From Macrostomum lignano (lineage: Eukaryota): a stretch of 64,000 nucleotides of DNA. The DNA lies in the NCBI GenBank assembly GCA_002269645.1, contig NIVC01003893.1, positions 1 through 64,000 on the forward strand. The letters are read 5' to 3'. Both the position numbers and the translations under genes were made by a program. The notes beneath the pieces are model-generated. The model had not been told where the DNA came from. It was given only the letters and a program-made list of their open reading frames with translations, and searched no databases. Numbering within the stretch: position 1 is the first letter of the stretch; each line of letters begins with the position of its first letter. Of this stretch, positions 25,101-39,295 are shown one piece after another.

Positions 25101-28100
25101 TACTCGGTGCAGCTGTTCCAGTGGAGCTGGTGCTGCTGATGGAGCCACCTGTTGATATGGCGGGTGACTTGCGACCTGGGGGTGGGTAGCCTCATCAGAC
25201 GGTGGTTGCCGTCTGGGTTGCTGCCCTCCTTGGCGAGAGAGTCCGCGAGCTCGTTGCCCAGGATGTTGCTGTGACCAGGTGTCCAGATAATTCTAATCCT
25301 GTTAAGGACTGAGAGAGATTGCACACTGCGGTGGCATTGAGATACTGTAGCAGCGGAGATATTCTCAGTGGTTAAGGCCTTAATAGCAGCTTGGCTATCA
25401 GTGTAGAAATTAATGTCAAAATTATTAATGTTCGCCTGAAACAGTTGCTGGGCACACTGCTCAATGGCGCAAATTTCAGCTTGGAAAACTGAGGTGTTCT
25501 CACCGAGGTGCAGACTTTCCTGGAGAAGCATCTTACCCTCGTGGAAAATGGCAATACCCGCTCCAGCGCGGCCGTTGAACAGCGAGCCGTCGGTGAAGCA
25601 GTGAATGCCCTGGCTGCGCCGGTTCACACCGACATCCAGCGGAATGTTGTCTCGGCCAGGGATGGCGGTCTTGAAGCCCCTCCTGATGTTGAGGGCGGGA
25701 GGTCGACTATCCACATTGCCCAGGTCCATGTGGATGTTGTTAAGGTCGCGGCGGACAAAGTCCATATGCGGGATTAATGTTTTCATTGGCATAAAGCCAG
25801 AGGGCGCGTTATTCAACGTTTTATCTCTGATAAGCCGGGAGGCAGACTTCATAGCCTCCGCCCTAATAAATAGGTGAAGCGGAGGCAGGTTAAGGATAGT
25901 GTTCAGCCCCTCGTAAGGGGTGGACGGGTACGCACCTGTGATGGCACGGCAAATGCTGCCCTGAAGCTGGTACAGCCGCTGACGGGCGGCCTTCTGCTCC
26001 AGCACGCTAGTCCAGATGAGACTCGCGTATGTGATACTGGGCCGGATGATGCCGGTATAAATCCAACGGACCGTTCTAGGCGAGAGGCCCCAAGTCGGCC
26101 CGATGGCTCTGCGCAGCTGGGCAAAGCAGCGTTTTGCCCGACCGATGACGTTATCAAGGTGCTTCGTCCAGCGCAGGTCATGCGTTAGCGTCACACCGAG
26201 GTATTTGACCTCCTTCTTGAAGGGGATGTTTCTGCCATAGACAGTGAGGTTTTTCATCTCCCATTTACGGCGCTTGGTGAAAACGACAGCGACAGTCTTA
26301 GTGACGCTGATTTTTAGGCCATGCTGTGTAGCCCAGTCGGCCGCCTTGTCGGCGAATTGCTGCATCAGGTTGCGCAGAGTGGCGGGGTCGGGTCCGCTGA
26401 CGACCGCGGCAACGTCATCGGCGTAGCCCGCCCTGGTGATACTGCTGGGAATGTCAGCGGTTAGAAGTTCGTCCATGACGAGATTCCAGAGAAGTGGAGT
26501 TAGCACGCCACCTTGCGGGCCGCCTTTCATCTCAAGCACACAAATCCAGTTTAATTATCATAAATCAGCCCGAAAACTTTCAAGAAGGATTTGAAAAAAT
26601 GGCAATAATTTAGTCAGGTGCATCAGAACATCAAAATGTCCATTTTTAGACATCCTTGACTATCTACCATGTCTGTCAGTCTTACATTTTTTCGAGGGTA
26701 ATTATTCTCCTCCCACTTTTTATTTTCTCAATTAACTATGCTTCAGCTTTTACTGCTGAAGTTTTCTACCTTGATTTATAGTAAAGCCAAGAGGCGAAGT
26801 AGCTGAAAAGCCTAATTTAGGCTAAAAAATCATCATAAAGTATATTTATAGCAATGATCTGGGTGCGCAATTACGAGTAGTGTAGCTGAGTTGAATTTTC
26901 AGTTCCAATAGTTCCATCAGCTTAAAACTCCATCACCTCAAACTCCATCATCTCAAACTCTATCACCTCAAAACTCCATCAGCTCAAAACTCCATCTGCT
27001 CAAGATTCCATCATCTCAAAACTACATCAGCTCAAAACTACATCAGCTCAAAACTACAATCTGCTCAAGATTCCATCACCTCAAAACTACAGCAGCTCAA
27101 AAGTACAGCAGCTCAAAACTACAATCTGCTCAAGATTCCATCACCTCAAAACTACAGCAGCTCAAAAGTACAGCAGCTCAAAACTACATCAGCTCAAAAC
27201 TACATTAGCTTAAGATTCTAATTAGCTCAAAACTACATCTGCTCAAAACTACATCTGCTCAAAACTACATCAGCTTAAGATTCTAATTAGCTCAAAACTA
27301 CATCTGCTCAAAACTACATCAGCTTAAGATTCCATTAGCTCAAAACTACATCAGCTTAAGATGAATGTAAAGCTCAAAACTTTATCATTTCAGAATTCCA
27401 TCATCTCAAAACTTCACCAACTCAAAACTCGATCAACTGAGAAGTATGAAAACTTGTTTCTAATACGAATGAGCAAAGTAAAAAGTTCAGCCTACAGAAC
27501 AGAATACAATACGCAGAAGACAACTGCCTTCTCTCTCTAGTCAACCAACTATATTGAAAAACTTGTTACATTTCCCGCAAAAATTGTTGTAACTTGTACT
27601 TTTAGAAAGTCCCTGTAACAAAATATATATGCACAAAAGTTCGTCCAATATTTGTCTGTACTTTTAACTTTTCTAGCCGGCTAATTATGAGCAAACTCAC
27701 ATTACACTCACATGATGACTAATTAGCTTGCGGGGGAGGCAGAAAGGGAATGGAGGCGGGTCGGGGTGGTTGTGTAATTACCACTTTATGATGTCTAATT
27801 GTTTCAAGCACAGAGCAAGGTCAAAAACAAATATGAGCGTATTATGGTAAAAAAACCTTAAACTTACAACGAAACCCAATAAAATTCTGCAATTTAATCA
27901 ATTGAAGAAAAAATGACTAAAATATTATTGCATATTTAACTTCATTGTTTACCACAGGGTTTGATCGGTTATTAGAAATTGTTTATTCACTATAGATTTC
28001 GAGAGAGAGAGTCAAATAGTGTCAGTCAAAGTAGTGTCAGTCAAAGTAGTGTCAGTCAAAGTAGTATCAGTCAAATAGTGTCAGTCAAAAAGTGTCAGTC

Positions 28101-31100
28101 AAATAGTGTCAGTCAAAAAGTGTCAGTCAAAGTAGTGTCAGTCAAAAAGTGTCAGTCAAAAAGTGTCAGTCAAAGTAGTGTCAGTCAAAAAGTGTCAGTC
28201 AAATAGTGTCAGTCAAAAAGTGTCAGTCAAATAGTGTCAGTCAAAAAGTGTCAGTCAAAGTAGTGTCAGTCAAAGCAATGTCAGTCAAAGTAGTGTCAGT
28301 CAAAAAGTGTCAGTCAAAAAGTGTCAGTCAAATAGTGTCAGTCAAAGTAGAGTCAGTCAAAAAGTGTCAGTCAAATAGTGTCAGTCAAAAAGTGTCAGTC
28401 AAAAAGTGTCAGTCAAAAAGTGTCAGTCAAAGTAGTTTCAGTCAAAGTAGTGTCAGTCAAAAAGTGTCAGTCAAAAAGTGTCAGTCAAAGTAGTGTCAGT
28501 CAAAAAGTGTCAGTCAAAGTAGTGTTAGTCAAAGTAATGTCAGTCAAAGTAGTGTCAGTCAAAAAGTGTCAGTCAAATAGTGTCAGTCAAATAGTGTCAG
28601 TCAAAATGTTTCAGTCAAAAAGTGTCAGTCAAATAGTGTCAGTCAAATAGTGTCAGTCAAAATGTGTCAGTCAAACGTGGGCCCCGAGCTCACACTGCCA
28701 TGGTATCAACGTGTACAGCTGTGAGCTACTGTAGAGAGCTGACAGCTAGCAAACTGAACATTAATAAAAATTACTTTAAACTGAACTCACCTGGAGCGTC
28801 AACAAAGCCGAACACGTGCAGAGGACGAACCACGGTGACCCCGGGTGAGTCCATCGGCACAAGCAGCATCGTCTGCTGTTTGTGAGCGGCTGCTGAAGTA
28901 TCAGTTTTGCCCATAAATATGGCCACTTTGCAATTGGGATGCAGGGCTCCGGAGATCCACCATTTGTGGCCGTTCACTACGTAGTGAGAGCCGTCTGGCG
29001 AGCGGCAGATCGAAGCTTCGATGTTGGTGGCGTCCGAAGAGGCGACGGCCGGTTCCGTCATTGCGAAGCAGGAGCGAATGCTGCCTGCTAGGAGGGGATC
29101 GAGCCAGCGGCGCTTCTGCTCCTCTGTGCCGTAGCGGACCAGCACCTGGTTGGGGTGTTGGATTGGGGATTTCGGGTAACTGGGGTGTTGGATTGGGGAT
29201 TTCGGGTAACTGGGGTGTTGGATTGGGGATTTCGGGTAACTGGGGTGTTGGATTGGGGATTTCGGGTAACTGGGGTGTTGGATTGGGGATTTCGGGTAAC
29301 TGGGGTGTTGGATTGGGGATTTCGGGTAAACTGACAGGGTGTTGGATTGGGAATTTCGGGTAAACTGACAGGGTGTTGGATTGGGGATTTCGGGTAACTG
29401 GGGTGTTGGATTGGGGATTTCGGGTAAACTGACAGGGTGTTGGATTGGGGATTTCGGGTAAACTGACAGGGTGTTGGATTGGGGATTTCGGGTAAACTGA
29501 CAGGGTGTTGGATTGGGGATTTCGGGTAACTGACAGGGTGTTGGATTGGGGATTTCGGGTAAACTGACAGGGTGTTGGATTGGGGATTTCGGGTAACTGG
29601 GGTGTTGGATTGGGGATTTCGGGTAAACTGACAGGGTGTTGGATTGGGGATTTCGGGTAAACTGACAGGGTGTTGGATTGGGGATTTCGGGTAACTGACA
29701 GGGTGTTGGATTGGGGATTTCGGGTAAACTGACAGGGTGTTGGATTGGGGATTTCGGGTAAACTGACAGGGTGTTGGATTGGGGATTTCGGGTAAACTGA
29801 CAGGGTGTTGGATTGGGGATTTCGGGTAAACTGACAGGGTGTTGGATTGGGGATTTCGGGTAACTGGGGTGTTGGATTGGGGATTTCGGGTAACTGACAG
29901 GGTGTTGGATTGGGGATTTCGGGTAAACTGACAGGGTGTTGGATTGGGGATTTCGGGTAAACTGACAGGGTGTTGGATTGGGGATTTCGGGTAAACTGAC
30001 AGGGTGTTGGATTGGGGATTTCGGGTAACTGGGGTGTTGGATTGGGGATTTCGGGTAAACTGACAGGGTGTTGGATTGGGGATTTCGGGTAAACTGATGG
30101 GATGTTAGATTGGGGATTTCGGGTAAACTGACAGGGTGTTGGATTGGGGATTTCGGGTAACTGGGATGTTAGATTGGGGATTTCGGGTAAACTGATGGGA
30201 TGTTAGATTGGGGATTTCGGGTAAACTGATGGGATGTTAGATTGGGGATTTCGGGTAAACTGGGATGTTAGATTGGGGATTTCGGGTAACTGGGATGTTA
30301 GATTGGGGATTTCGGGTAAACTGACAGGGTGTTGGATTGGGGATTTCGGGTAAACTGACAGGGTGTTGGATTGGGGATTTCGGGTAAACTGACAGGGTGT
30401 TGGATTGGGGATTTCGGGTAAACTGACAGGGTGTTGGATTGGGGATTTCGGGTAAACTGACAGGGTGTTGGATTGGGGATTTCGGGTAACTGGGGTGTTG
30501 GATTGGGGATTTCGGGTAACTGACAGGGTGTTGGATTGGGGATTTCGGGTAAACTGACAGGGTGTTGGATTGGGGATTTCGGGTAAACTGACAGGGTGTT
30601 GGATTGGGGATTTCGGGTAAACTGACAGGGTGTTGGATTGGGGATTTCGGGTAAACTGACAGGGTGTTGGATTGGGGATTTCGGGTAACTGGGGTGTTGG
30701 ATTGGGGATTTCGGGTAAACTGACAGGGTGTTGGATTGGGGATTTCGGGTAAACTGATGGGATGTTAGATTGGGGATTTCGGGTAAACTGGGATGTTAGA
30801 TTGGGGATTTCGGGTAACTGGGATGTTAGATTGGGGATTTCGGGTAACTGGGATGTTAGATTGGGGATTTCGGGTAAACTGATAGGGTGTTATATTGGGG
30901 ATTTCGGGTAAACTGATAGATGTTAGATAGGGGATTTCGGGTAACTGGGATGTTAGATTGGGGATTTCGGGTAAACTGATAGGGTGTTATATTGGGGATT
31001 TCGGGTAAACTGATAGATGTTAGATAGGGGATTTCGGGTAACTGGGATGTTAGCTCGTAAGATTGGGGATTTTGGGTAACTGGATGGGTGTTAGATTGTG

Positions 31101-34100
31101 AATACATACTGCAGCAGGTGTTACAGAAGCGACAAACCTCCATATTCCCAGTGTCCGGAGCGGAACAGTTGAACACCTCAGAGGCATATACGGACCAGCC
31201 CATCTCTTCGCACAGGAAGGCGTACTCCAAGTTAGTGAGGCCGGGCGAGTACAGCCGGTTCGGATCCGACTCTACAGGCAGGAACAGATTCCAGAGGCCC
31301 TGATTTTTAGCCTCAGATTTCAGCCGCTCAATACTGGGGTGCACCGTCCACTTGGACTGGGACTCGTAGTGCGAGTTCAGCTCGGATTCTAGTGGCAAAA
31401 TCCTGTCGCGAACAAATGCCCGAATTTTGGCGTGCAGTTGACGAACTTCGGGTCGGAGATCCGACAGGCTGACAGGCATGCCGGATGTCGCCGAGGCCGA
31501 CGATGAGAAACTGTGACTGGGCTGGCTGGGCAGGCCGGAGCGCTGGGCCACCGTCCAGCCGAGGCGAGCCACATCGCGAGCGAATGAGCCCACAATCTTG
31601 GCCTTCGCCGAGCTGCTCTGGCCGTCGAGGGCGCGCCTGTTGAGGGGGGCATGTGGTTAGGCGAAATTAAGGAGGTCTGCCAATCCCCCTAGCAACTGAG
31701 GATCCGAGAGGGTCTGCCAATTCCCCTAGCAACTGAGGATCCGAGAGGGTCTGCCAATTCCCCTAGCAACTGAGGATCCGAGAGGGTCTGCACAACCCCC
31801 TAGCAACTGAGGATCCGGGAGGGTCTGCAAATCCCCCTAGCAACTGAGGATCCGGGAGGGTCTGCATATCCCTCTAGCAACTGAGGATCCGGGAGGGTCT
31901 GCAAATCCCCCTAGCAACTGAGGATCCGGGAGGGTCTGAAAATCCCCCTAGCAACTGGGGATCCAGGGTTTACCAGTTCCCCTAGCAACTGAGGATCCGA
32001 GAGGGTCTGCCAATTCCCCTAGCAACTGAGGATCCGAGAGGGTCTGCACAACCCCCTAGCAACTGAGGATCCGGGAGGGTCTGCAAATCCCCCTAGCAAC
32101 TGAGGATCCGGGAGGGTCTGCATATCCCTCTAGCAACTGAGGATCCGGGAGGGTCTGCAAATCCCCCTAGCAACTGAGGATCCGGGAGGGTCTGAAAATC
32201 CCCCTAGCAACTGAGGATCCAGGGTTTACCAGTTCCCCTAGCAACTGAGGATCCGGGAGGGTCTGCATATCCCCCTAGCAACTGAGGATCCGGGAGGGTC
32301 TGCATATCCCCCTAGCAACTGAGGATCCGGGAGGGTCTGCATATCCCCTAGCAACTGAGGATCCGGGAGGGTTCTGCATATCCCCTAGCAACTCACTTGT
32401 AAACGCCCTGCAAAATAGCAGCAAAGCGGAACATCACGAAGGCGTGATAGAAGTCAATGTCGGGCACCCCGCCGCTCAGGCCCAAACGCTTGCAGTAGTC
32501 TTCGATGAGCTCCGCCTCAGTGGGCACCCCGTCTGGCAGAGGCTGCAGCGACGGCACCAAGAATTTATCGCTCCATTCCGGGTCGAGACGGTGAGCGAGA
32601 AGGCACGTGGCCAGGTCCGTTCGCGGGTGGCCGAGAGTGGACAACTCCCAGTCTAGGATGCCGATCACCTGGCAGTGGGTAAGTGGGTTGTTTTTTGTTC
32701 CAGATTGCTACTGTTCCAGAGTGCTACTGTTCCAGAGTGCTACTGTTCCAGAGTGCTATTTTTCTAGAGTGCTCCGGTTCCAGAGTGCTACTGTTCCAGA
32801 GTGCTACTGTTCCAGAGTGCTATTTTTCTAGAGTGCTACTGTTCCAGAGTGCTACTGTTCCAGAGTGCTACTGTTCCAGAGTGCTCCTGTTCCAGAGTGC
32901 TATTCTTCTAGAGTGCTCCTGTTCCAGAGTGCTACTGTTCCAGAGTGCTATTTTTCTAGAGTGCTACTGTTCCAGAGTGCTCCGGTTCCAGAGTGCTACT
33001 GTTCCAGATTGCTACTATTCCAGAGTGCTATTTTTCTAAAGTGCTACTGTTCCAGAGTGCTACTGTTCCAGAGTGCTACTCTTCCAGAGTGCTACTCTTC
33101 CAGAGTGCTATTTTTCTAGAGTGCTCCAGTTCCAGAGTGCTACTGTTCCAGAGTGCTATTTTTCTAGAGTGCTACTGTTCCAGAGTGCTCCGGTTCCAGA
33201 GTGCTACTGTTCCAGATTGCTACTGTTCCAGAATGCTATTTTTCTAGAGTGCTCCGGTTCCAGAGTGCTACTGTTCCAGAGTGCTACTGTTCCAGAGTGC
33301 TACTGTTCCAGAGTGCTACTGTTCCAGAGTGCTACTGTTCCAGAGTGCTACTGTTCCAGAGTGCTATAGTTCCAGAGTGCTATTTTTCTAGAGTGCTACT
33401 GTTCCAGAGTGCTCCGGTTCCAGATTGCTATTGTTCCAGAGTGCTATTTTTCTAATGTGCTACTGTTCCAGAGTGCTATTTTTCTAGAGGGCTCCGGTTC
33501 CAGAGTGCTACTGTTCCAGAGTTCTACTGTTCCAGAGTGCTATTTTTCTAGAGTGCTACTGTTCCAGAGTGCTCCGGTTCCAGAGTGCTACTGTTCCAGA
33601 GTGCTACTGTTCCAGAGTGCTACTGTTCCAGAGTGCTACTGTTCCAGAGTGCTACTGTTCCAGAGTGCTACTGTTACAGAGTGCTATTTTTCTAGAGTGC
33701 TACTGTTCCAGAGTGCTATTGTTCCGGAGTGCTATTTTTCTAGAGTGCTACTGTTCCAGAGTGCTCCGGTTCCAGATTGCTATTGTTCCAGAGTGCTATT
33801 TTTCTAATGTGCTACTGTTCCAGAGTGCTACTGTTCCAGAGTGCTATTTTTCTAGAGGGCTCCGGTTCCAGAGTGCTACTGTTCCAGAGTTCTACTGTTC
33901 CAGAGTGCTATTTTTCTAGAGTGCTACTGTTCCAGAGTGCTCCGGTTCCAGAGTGCTACTGTTCCAGAGAGCTATTTTTCTAGAGTGCTACTGTTCCAGA
34001 GTGCTCCGGTTCCAGAGTGCTACTGTTCCAGATTGCTATTGTTCCAGAGTGCTATTTTTCTAGAGTGCTACTGTTCCAGAGTGCTACTGTTCCAGAGTGC

Positions 34101-37100
34101 TACTGTTCCAGAGTGCTACTGTTCCAGAGTGCCTTCTATTTAGGGGGAATGCCGGTTATCTTTGTGAAGGCTTTATTTTGTTGTCCGTTGGTTACTTTTA
34201 GAAAAGAGATTCTTAGCAAACATCTTTTTCCGTGCCAATTTTACACGAATAAGGGATTTGTAAAACTGAAGAAGGAATTGGTTCTTAAGAAAATGTTCTT
34301 TTTTAATGGATTTGCATGAATAATTTTTGCTCCTTGCTTATTGGGTGCCCTGAGGGGAGCACTAGACTGCGAGTCAATTAGCTTAATTGTTATTTTGCTC
34401 AAAAACACCCCATAGTAGGTCACACTAAAAAATGTCTCACAAAAATTTGAGTTTAGTTTATTATCAAAAAACACACACACACGCATTAAATTCAGACAAT
34501 AATGGGAGATTAGGAAAAATCTGCATTACACAGGTGCAACAGCACTCATTGCTCACAAACACAAATGGAATTAGTGGATGATTTAGCATTGCACTCGAAG
34601 CAATGTCGCAAAGCAAGCACCAAAGAATATAAAAGGTTGTTAGTTGCCATTCGACAAATGCAGCTAAAGGTTAAAAAGCAACAACGATTCAGTTGATTAA
34701 TTTTTTCACAAAAAAAGCAATCTAGCTCAGTCGTGAGAATAGGTATGATGGAGAATAGGATGCTGCCTTCAACCTCTGCATACCTATGACAAGGAATGGC
34801 AGCTTATATCTAAATACACCCCTGTACCACATTTCAGCCCTTGTTTATTGAATATTTCTAAACACCAGCAGCCAACTTTGATTTTGCTGATGATAAATAA
34901 AAATCAATGAGAATTTTGAGGGATTAAAATCAATTGGCGTGAGTCGAAAATTAGGGCTTCGATGCAAGAAAAAGGGGGGGGGGCGGAGAGAGAGGGGTGG
35001 AGAGGGAGGGGAGAATTGGGCGGATAGAAGCGGAGAGAGGGGCGGAGAGAGGGAGCGGATGGAGAGGCGTAAAGAAAGGGCAGAGGCAGAGAGAGGGGCA
35101 AAGAGAGGGGTGAAGAGAAAGGGCGGAGAGAAGAGGTAGAGAGGGGCGGAGAGAAAGGGTAGAGAGGGGCGGAGAGAGAGGGACGGAGAGGGAGGGGCGG
35201 AGAGAAAGGGGCGGAGAGAAAGGGACGGAGAGAGAGGGGCGGAGAGAGAGGGACGGAGAGAGAGGGACGGAGAGAGAGGGGCGGAGAGAGAGGGACGGAG
35301 AGAGAGGGGCGGAGAGAGAGGGACGGAGAGAGAGGGGCGGAGAGAGAGGGACGGAGAGAGAGGGGCGGAGAGAGAGGGGCGGAGAGAGAGGGGCGGAGAG
35401 AAAGGGACGGAGAGAAAGGGTAGAAAGGGTAGAGAGGGGCGGAGAGAAAGGGGCGGAGAGAAAGGGTAGAGAGGGGCGGAGAGAAAATGCAGAGAGGGGC
35501 GCAATCCGAACGGAAAGGTCGGCAGAAAACCAAAGCAGAAAAGAGAATTAAACCAAGGCCGTTGTGCCAGATTTAGACATCGAAATAGAATAATTGGGAG
35601 ACTGCTAAGAAAAAACAGGTGTTGGCAAATGGTTGCTTTGCACAAAAAGGTTAAAAATATTTCCACCAAACAGGTGCCTCAAAGCGCGAAATCTGTCCCT
35701 ACAGCACAGTCATCGATCATTCGCTAAATAAGCGAATTTTGTTAGACAAGAAATTTGCGTAGAAGCATATGGCGCATCCAACATTAATGACGATACGCAA
35801 TTCTGCATCACGTGACTTTGATTTGCGAGCGCCGAACGACAGATTGTAGAGGGATTAATGAAAGGCATTTGAAGGTTAGAGAAATGGAAGAATATAAAGC
35901 AAAAGCAAAATAAAATTTGCTTCTAGGAAAATTAGTTTTTAGAAAACAGCCATTCTAGGAAACAGCCATTATTCTAGGAAACTGCATTATTCTAGGAAAC
36001 AGCTTTTATTCTAGGAAACAGCTATTTTTCTAGGAAACAGCATTATTCTAGGAAAAAGCTATTATTCTAGGAAACAGCCATGTTTCTAGGAAACCACCAT
36101 TATTCTAGGAAATAACTTTTATTCTATGAAACAGCCATTATTCTAGGAAAAAGCCATGTTTCTGGGAAACCACCATTATTCTAGGAAAAAGCCATTATTC
36201 TAGGAAACAGCCATTATTTTAGGAAACAGCCATTATTTTAGGAAACAGCCATTATTTGAGAAAACAGCCATTATTCTAGGAAACAGCCATTATTCTAGGA
36301 AACAGCAATTATTCTAGGAAACAGCCATTATGCTAGGAAACAGCGATTATTCTAGGAAACAGCCATTATTCTAGGAAACAGCCATTATTCTAGGAAACAG
36401 GTGAGCGAGCGCGTGACTGCCCTGCCTCCCTGCTGACTGCGGAGTCGACTCAACAAACCAGAAAATAATATTCAAATCACAAAAAGGCCTACCTGCAGCT
36501 TATCCCGATCGAATACCAAATTATCTAATCGGAAATCCCCGTGCACAACTCCGCTGGGCTCGGGGCCTTCGGGCAGATGCGCCATCAGCCATTTGTGCAG
36601 ATCCGTCATCTCCGGTATCGGCTGGGCGTCGCCACCGACGCTGGCCTCGTATTGGCCGCGCCACCGCTCGATATTGCGCGCCAGATAGCGCTCGCGCTTG
36701 CCGTAGTCCGACAGATTAGTCGAATCTGGATCTACGCTGTGGATTAGAGCCAGGACCCGGATCATCTCAGAATACACCTGCGGATGGGTGATTTCTTGGA
36801 ATATAGGGGGCGATTCAAATACAATAGAACGATAGCGATTCTAAGAAAAAAACATCCGTTTTAAAAGGAAAGTCCGACTCCAAGGAAAGTAAGACCGATT
36901 CTAAGAAATTAAGATCGATTCTAAGAAAGTAAGATCGATTCTAAGAAATTAAGATCGATTCTAAGAAAGTAAGATCGATTCTAAGAAAGTAAGATCGATT
37001 CTAAGAAAGTAAGATCGATTCTAAGAAAGTAAGATCGATTCTAAGAAAGTAAGATTCTAAAACAGACTGATTCTAAGAAAAAGCGACCGATTCTAAAATT

Positions 37101-38192
37101 AGCAAATAAGATCGATTCTACGAAAGTAAGATCGATTCTAAAAAAGACTGATTCTAAGAAAAAGCGACCGATTCTAAAATTAGCAAATAAGATCGATTCT
37201 AAGAAAGTAAGATCGATTCTAAGAAAGTAAGATTATTTTAGTTTCTTATTCTAGTTTCTAAGAAAGTAAGATCGATTCTAAAAAAACACTGATTCTAAGA
37301 AAAAGCAACCGATTCTAAAATTAGCATATAAGATCGATTTTAAGAAAAAAGACTGATTTTAAGAAACTAAGACCCATTCTAAAAAATAAGATCGATTTTT
37401 AAGAAATTAAGACCGATTCTGAGAGAATAAAGCCGACTTCAAAGAAATAAAGTCCATTCTTAGAAAACAACACCGATTCTAAGAAATTTAGATATGATCT
37501 CAGAAAATCCACGATCAAGATTACGATTTCTTAAGTGTCGTTCTTTAGAATTCTAAGAATCGCTCAATGACGATTTAAAATAGGCCTTCAAAAGTCGAAC
37601 CTGTCTCCTCTGGTCCGGCTTCAGGTCCGGCAGTCTCACATCGGTGAACACCTGGCCACTCAGGTATTCCATCACGTAGAACGGCGTGCCCAACACGCTG
37701 GAATCTTCGCACAGATCGAACAGCTCGGGCAGCGGGACGCCCCGCTGTCGCAGAGCCGACATCACCCTAAACTCGCGTTCGATTGCGTGAGCCGACGGTA
37801 GCAGCTTGCCCGGCGGCTTCTTGCGCAGCACGAGTTCTCGCTGGCCCAGCCGAATGTAGTAGGTGGGGTTTGACTGGCCGTGGCTGAAGCCTCGGACTGT
37901 CAGCTCGGCAGCGGACTCGCTGGGGAACAGTTTGGCCAGGTAGGATCGGAGTCGGTCTGCATCCAGGCGCAGCCGCTCCGACACCTCAACCGTGCCCGGG
38001 GGGTGCGGAACCTGCGGCGAGGATGCGGCCGTCTGTTGAAGTGAAACGCCGATTACAGATTCCAGATCGCGGATGGCCTGCTGGGAGCTCGTCACCTGCG
38101 GGACAGGAGTAGAGTAGATGTGACAGACAGATAGACAGACAGACAGGCAGACAGACAGACAGACAGACAGACAGAGAGACAGACAGACAGGC

Positions 38193-38233
<41 letters not shown>

Positions 38234-38352
38234 CAGACAGACAGGCAGACAGAGAGACAGACAGGCAGACAGGCAGACAGGCAGACAGACAGACAGACAG
38301 ACAGACACAGACAGACAGACAGAGAGACAGACAGGCAGACAGACAGACAGAC

Positions 38353-38385
<33 letters not shown>

Positions 38386-38418
38386 CAGACAGACAGACAG
38401 AGAGACAGACAGGCAGGC

Positions 38419-38463
<45 letters not shown>

Positions 38464-38478
38464 GGCAGGCAGGCAGGC

Positions 38479-38551
<73 letters not shown>

Positions 38552-38561
38552 GGCAGGCAGG

Positions 38562-38629
<68 letters not shown>

Positions 38630-38646
38630 TAGACAGACAGACAGAC

Positions 38647-38691
<45 letters not shown>

Positions 38692-39262
38692 CAGACTATA
38701 AAGCTTCATAAAAAGCAGTTCAAGCCCTCCAATGTGCAGTTGATAGTCGGAATGGCCAATAAATATTTGGAAAATATAAAGACGAAGGCCGGAATTCTCC
38801 TGAATAAAAATTCAAACTGAATTTATTATTTAAACTTAATGGGCAATAAAAGTGATTGGCTTGAATTTTATACCCACACCACAAAACCCACTCAACAAAT
38901 ACCACATCACAAAACCCATCCCACAAAGCTATAGAATGAAATTCATTCTCACCTTAATAGTTTTAATACCCAGCGCTTTTGCGGCCTTCAAGTTCTGGCC
39001 AATATCGTCCAAGAAGACCACACTGCTGGCTGGCAGGCCAAGCCGCTCTAGCAAGATTTTGTAGATTCTCTCGTCCGGTTTTCGGCAGCCAACTTTGCAG
39101 GATTCAACAATCTGCGAAAAATCGAAGGCAGGATGACTGCTGAAATTACTGATTGGAAATAAAAACTTAGCAATGTCTGTTGATAAGTGAAAATATGAAA
39201 TATTAATATAACTCACTGATAATGACGTTAGAGGAAATTTGTAAGAAAGATAAGAGATACAT

Positions 39263-39295
<33 letters not shown>

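Noticed and set aside
26530-26539. Start of the 611-aa RT ORF as a real initiation site
   Set aside because: It lies in the target-site duplication; the element is 5'-truncated within the RT domain.
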